IMG/VR virus record: IMGVR_UViG_3300050821_017570
Coordinates: 96,001-160,000 of that record
Length of the DNA: 64,000 nt
Direction: 5' to 3' (one strand)
Source of the DNA: a virus
The notes beneath the pieces are model-generated. The model had not been told where the DNA came from and ran no database searches. It saw only the letters and a program-made list of their open reading frames with translations. Below, piece by piece: positions 60,276 to 64,000 of this stretch (its first letter is position 1; every line of letters begins with the position of its first letter). Both the position numbers and the translations under genes were made by a program.

Positions 60276-61988
60276 CTAGGTGAGTTCGTACCCTGCACGA
60301 ATCAGATAGAGGTTCCCATTGAAACCATCGGACGTCAATGCGTTCCTCGTCACCTGGAGCATCACGAGTGAACCAGCTGGAACACCTGTAACGGTTGGTG
60401 CTAGCCCAAATTCGGCAGCCTGGCCAGCCACCACGGTGGTGCCGCTGATGCTGGTCAGAGTGGTCCATGAGGAAGGTAGGGTTGTGTTGGTAGGCGTGGC
60501 GGGAACGACCAGATACTGGATCGTTACGCTCGATGGTACCGATCCGCTGGTATCGCTGTACAGCCATAGCTCAAACGTCAGCGTGCTGACCGCTGGAGCG
60601 AATCTCGATAGATTGAAACTGAAGATCGGAGACTGGTTGCGCCCCTGGAGGAGTGCAATCATGCTGATGTTTTGGATCTGACGATAGTCAGCATTATTCA
60701 GGAATACGCTATCGGCGTTACCCTGGAGGTCCGACGTATTGGTGGCCGAAACCTGTACGGCTCCATAGAAGCCAGAAGTCGAATTACCATTCGGGCCCGT
60801 CAGGGTGACACCAGGACCGGGTGTGAGGGTCGTGGTGACCGGCCCGGTTGTGAACCCGCCGCCCGTGATGGACTTCACACCCAGCACACCCGCGTCGGTG
60901 GTTGACGTGTTGGCCAGAATGGTGGGTACGTTCAGGAGGAGGGACCCAGAAGACGCTGGAAGCCCACCAACTCCGAGGAATTGGCCCTGAAGAGCTGAGG
61001 TGGAGGCAAAGCCTAGACTCTGAACCGTCGCATTGGTGGTAGCGGCTAGGACGTTAACCCAGTAGCCGTAAATAGGCGCAGCAACAGGAGCGGTATTCCA
61101 GTCCACAGGCCAAGGTGCTAAGCCGTACGTATTTGTGAGCCAGAAAATACCCTCATCAGTCGCAATAATAGTAGTTGCTGGACTAAGTTGGGCCCCGCCT
61201 TGGAAAAAAACAGCTGAGTCGGTCGGAACCGGAGGGAAGGCAGCCTGCAGCACGCCTTCTGCAGGATTCGCTATATTGTACCAGAAGACTGCTCCGGAAG
61301 GTGCCGTACCGACAAATGTACTGATAGGCAACCAACCTTGAAGCGAGGGGTTGGCGATCAGTATCAGTTGCGGGTTGCCCGTAGACGGTGTGTTAACTGT
61401 TCCTGCAGGGTTACCGCTCAGAACGACATAGTCGTGCACATGGGCCCCAAACACAGGTGGTTGGGCCTTCAAAAGAAATGAACCATTGGGAAACGCGGAT
61501 CCGCAGAACACGGCGAGGGGGTCAACCGTAAGACTAATCTCACCAGCGTTAGCCGCGCTTAGGTAATAGTTTCCTTCGGCCCACGTACCTCCCATGACGA
61601 CTTGCCACTGAGACTGCGTGATGTAGTCGGTACTGATGTAGCCGTTAAGACAGACTGAACCAGTGGTTGAGCTGGTGAGTGTAAGCACCACACCAGTGAT
61701 GTAGGCGGTTGCAGAAGCGGTGCTTCCGGCAACAGTGTTGGCTAGAGCTGACTGGGCGAGATGAAAGGTGCCATCCTCGTTGAGGTAGACCACGTTACCG
61801 ATCACTACCCCAGGTTGAAAAGTAGCATCAGGATAAATCAACATCGCACCAGTCGACTGGGCGTCTTGAACTTCTAGTAAGGCCTCCGTTCGTTGGGCTA
61901 GCTGACTAATAGGAACATTTGTAACGGCTGCATCAACCGATTGACCATCAGATATTAAGGTAATAGCATTTACGAAGGGGGTAGCCAC
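60276..61988 (-). CDS. large structural (tail fibre/baseplate-like) protein
   Basis: N-terminal DG..V.AA.TN.PI.QL..RT pattern typical of tail-fibre attachment domains; beta-rich. Confidence 0.7.
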   Translation of the reverse strand: MATPFVNAITLISDGQSVDAAVTNVPISQLAQRTEALLEVQDAQSTGAMLIYPDATFQPGVVIGNVVYLNEDGTFHLAQSALANTVAGSTASATAYITGVVLTLTSSTTGSVCLNGYISTDYITQSQWQVVMGGTWAEGNYYLSAANAGEISLTVDPLAVFCGSAFPNGSFLLKAQPPVFGAHVHDYVVLSGNPAGTVNTPSTGNPQLILIANPSLQGWLPISTFVGTAPSGAVFWYNIANPAEGVLQAAFPPVPTDSAVFFQGGAQLSPATTIIATDEGIFWLTNTYGLAPWPVDWNTAPVAAPIYGYWVNVLAATTNATVQSLGFASTSALQGQFLGVGGLPASSGSLLLNVPTILANTSTTDAGVLGVKSITGGGFTTGPVTTTLTPGPGVTLTGPNGNSTSGFYGAVQVSATNTSDLQGNADSVFLNNADYRQIQNISMIALLQGRNQSPIFSFNLSRFAPAVSTLTFELWLYSDTSGSVPSSVTIQYLVVPATPTNTTLPSSWTTLTSISGTTVVAGQAAEFGLAPTVTGVPAGSLVMLQVTRNALTSDGFNGNLYLIRAGYELT

Positions 61989-62600
61989 TTAAACTCTCTC
62001 CTCTGTCATAAGCTTAGCGACAGCTACAGCTTTAGAATCAGCGCAAGCCACGACCAGCTTACATACTGCAATAAACTCGTCTTCTGTCCGATCAAGTTTA
62101 TCAAAATTGATTGCTCTGTGCGCCCAGACAAGATTGCTCCGTTCATACTTCAGCTCTGGGTATCGTGCTTTTGGCATTTTATGTTCAACTGAAGCGATAC
62201 CTGGTTTGATAGTAATATTAGTGTAATAACACTTATAGCCCTGCGATTCCATTAAGTCCTTTAAGAACTGCACATTATTGGCTGAACTAGAACCTAAGTG
62301 AGTTCGAGCCATAGTAATATACCAACAGTGTTCACAGCGCTGTTGCCCCGGCAAAGAATTCACATTACAGCCTGCAGTTGTACATAAACCAGCAGCAACA
62401 CGAGCTTGCCGCTGCTCACGCATATTTTTATGGTATTCTGCACCTTTTTCTGGGTACTTATTGCGCCAGTGAACCATACGATCTGGGTCCAACTGATGTA
62501 ATTCACGTGCATAGCGTGCGTAGTATTCTGCCAACGTCTCACCCGGTTGTTTTGGCGCTATGCCATACTTACTTGCTTTAGGTTTTCTAGTCTTAGCCAT
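61989..62600 (-). mobile_element. free-standing HNH homing-endonuclease-like gene
   Basis: C-x4-C...CEHC, KCYYTN...SVEHKMP...NLVW.HRAINFDK; visibly more AT-rich; wedged between structural genes with no spacer. Confidence 0.75.
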
Positions 62601-62601
62601 A

Positions 62602-63201
62602 TCAGACCCAAGTCGTTGGCCATGAGCAGCTTACAGCACCGGTACCCGTAAGAGGTAGAGCTGAGCCAAGTATAAACCTAGCATATAGTAGATCACCGGT
62701 ATAGGTTGAGCCCTGTGGAAACGAGCACAGGCACACCGACAAAATCTGGCTGGAACTTGAGACACCAAAGGGAGACCCATTGAGTCCCTCGGTAGCATTG
62801 GTCAGGGTAGTAAACGAAACAGCGTTGTCAGCATAGTTCACACTGGTCGAACTCAGAACCGGTCGTGCTATTAAGGGTGCACGAACTAAGTCATAAGGAG
62901 ATGAAACGCCCTGTCGACTAACGGAGGTGTCCGTAAGTGCGAATGGAGTAGCAGTACCTGCCCCGTTACTATACTCATAATACATACCAGCTATCTGGTA
63001 GTTAGGCAGCCCAGCCGCTAACCCAGCCAGGATATCGGCCGCTTGGTAGGGACAACTATTCATTCCCTCTACGGTGACTCCACTTGAGAGGTCCGTGATG
63101 TAAACGTAACCACGCGAGAGTGAGCGAGTACTGGAGATGGTACGGGGTGTCATGTTAATACGCCAGTATGAGTGGAGTTCCGTCGTAGAAGTTGGTGCCA
63201 T
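62602..63201 (-). CDS. hypothetical structural protein
   Basis: In the late cluster; true start may be MTPRTIS. Confidence 0.65.
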   Translation of the reverse strand: MAPTSTTELHSYWRINMTPRTISSTRSLSRGYVYITDLSSGVTVEGMNSCPYQAADILAGLAAGLPNYQIAGMYYEYSNGAGTATPFALTDTSVSRQGVSSPYDLVRAPLIARPVLSSTSVNYADNAVSFTTLTNATEGLNGSPFGVSSSSQILSVCLCSFPQGSTYTGDLLYARFILGSALPLTGTGAVSCSWPTTWV

Positions 63202-64000
63202 TTATACGTGTGTCGACACTCGTTACAAGCCCTGGGGCCAAAACCGGCGTCGACGTCGTACCCGAGATAGGGTACTGCTCTCCGGTCGCTTCAAGCTGGA
63301 ACGAAAAATACAGCAACGTCCCGGCAGGCATCAGGAGTGGAATCTGATTCAAGAAACCAGTGATATAGTTCAGAAAGTCCTGAGGCTTCACGGTAATGAT
63401 GATGAGATTGTTGCCGATGAAATTATCGATCACAAAGCTCAGGGGGTTCACCGGAATCGTCGGCCCCGGCAGACCCAACCATTGGGCTAGTGTTTTACCG
63501 GCAGCGAGTCCACGAGCGTGAACTGAGGCCCAAAAGTTCTCAATGTCGGTTGGGTTACCATACAGCTGAAACCGAGCATCGCTACCCGTGTAGGTCCATG
63601 TCTGGTTGGCATTCACGAAGACGACCAGGTCCATCACTCCACTGATCAGACCAGGCCCGCACGCCAAGCCCGGCACATCCGTCAGGTCGGGTGTCCGACC
63701 GGTTCCGCACTCAATGATCTGAATCGTATCGGTCAGAGGTTGGTCGGGATTAACCATTTCTCCAACCGTAACCAGTGGGGTCGCGGTCGCGGCAAACCGG
63801 TATACGTTTTGATCCGTCACGATGCAGAGACCATCTGCATCAGTCTGAATGACTTCAATCGTTTCATTACCAACGGTCGCGCGCAACCCCGCACTAGCCA
63901 TCAGGCCCTGTGAGAGGCTGTGAAGGCATGGACCACGCACAAACATAGCCCAGGCGGCGTTTAGGATGGTGACGTAGTCGTCACTCGATTGGCCCGGAAC
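63155..64000 (-). CDS. probable baseplate/structural protein, truncated by the right edge
   Basis: Frame stays open from 64000 (VPGQSSDDYVTILNAAWAMFV...). Confidence 0.7.
   Translation of the reverse strand, partial: VPGQSSDDYVTILNAAWAMFVRGPCLHSLSQGLMASAGLRATVGNETIEVIQTDADGLCIVTDQNVYRFAATATPLVTVGEMVNPDQPLTDTIQIIECGTGRTPDLTDVPGLACGPGLISGVMDLVVFVNANQTWTYTGSDARFQLYGNPTDIENFWASVHARGLAAGKTLAQWLGLPGPTIPVNPLSFVIDNFIGNNLIIITVKPQDFLNYITGFLNQIPLLMPAGTLLYFSFQLEATGEQYPISGTTSTPVLAPGLVTSVDTRINGTNFYDGTPLILAY

Noticed and set aside
1-64000. CRISPR array, rRNA, inteins, group I/II introns, stop-codon recoding
   Set aside because: No regularly spaced repeat-spacer units; the SD-hairpin copies are separated by whole genes. 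Polymerase, helicases and terminase are uninterrupted and of ordinary length, and code 11 gives dense gene packing.

Overview
This 64-kb window is part of a large, GC-rich, tailed dsDNA phage genome (Caudoviricetes; jumbo-like gene content, standard code 11). Almost all genes are on the minus strand. From left to right: (i) a replication/recombination block (UvsX/RecA-like recombinase, probable SSB, family A DNA polymerase with an N-terminal uracil-DNA-glycosylase-like domain, primase, DnaB-like helicase, SF2 helicase, SbcC/Rad50 and SbcD/Mre11); (ii) embedded in that block, a four-gene ubiquitin-like conjugation cassette: E2-like, JAB/MPN protease, E1/ThiF, and a head-to-tail tri-ubiquitin-like precursor with a short C-terminal cap. 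This is the main finding; (iii) a perfect 51-bp AT-rich inverted repeat; (iv) a lone plus-strand large terminase; (v) about 21 kb of small accessory genes, with an expanded GQxW paralog family, a recurrent hairpin overlapping the Shine-Dalgarno, a tRNA-like element with an enlarged anticodon arm and a structured non-coding segment; (vi) a degenerate orotate phosphoribosyltransferase, a second primase-like gene and a protein in which 12 of the first 14 lysines sit in a K-x-A motif; (vii) a run of paralogous virion (tail/baseplate-like) genes with an inserted HNH endonuclease. No CRISPR array, rRNA, intein or self-splicing intron was seen. All calls come from reading motifs by eye, with no database search, and the host cannot be assigned from this window.
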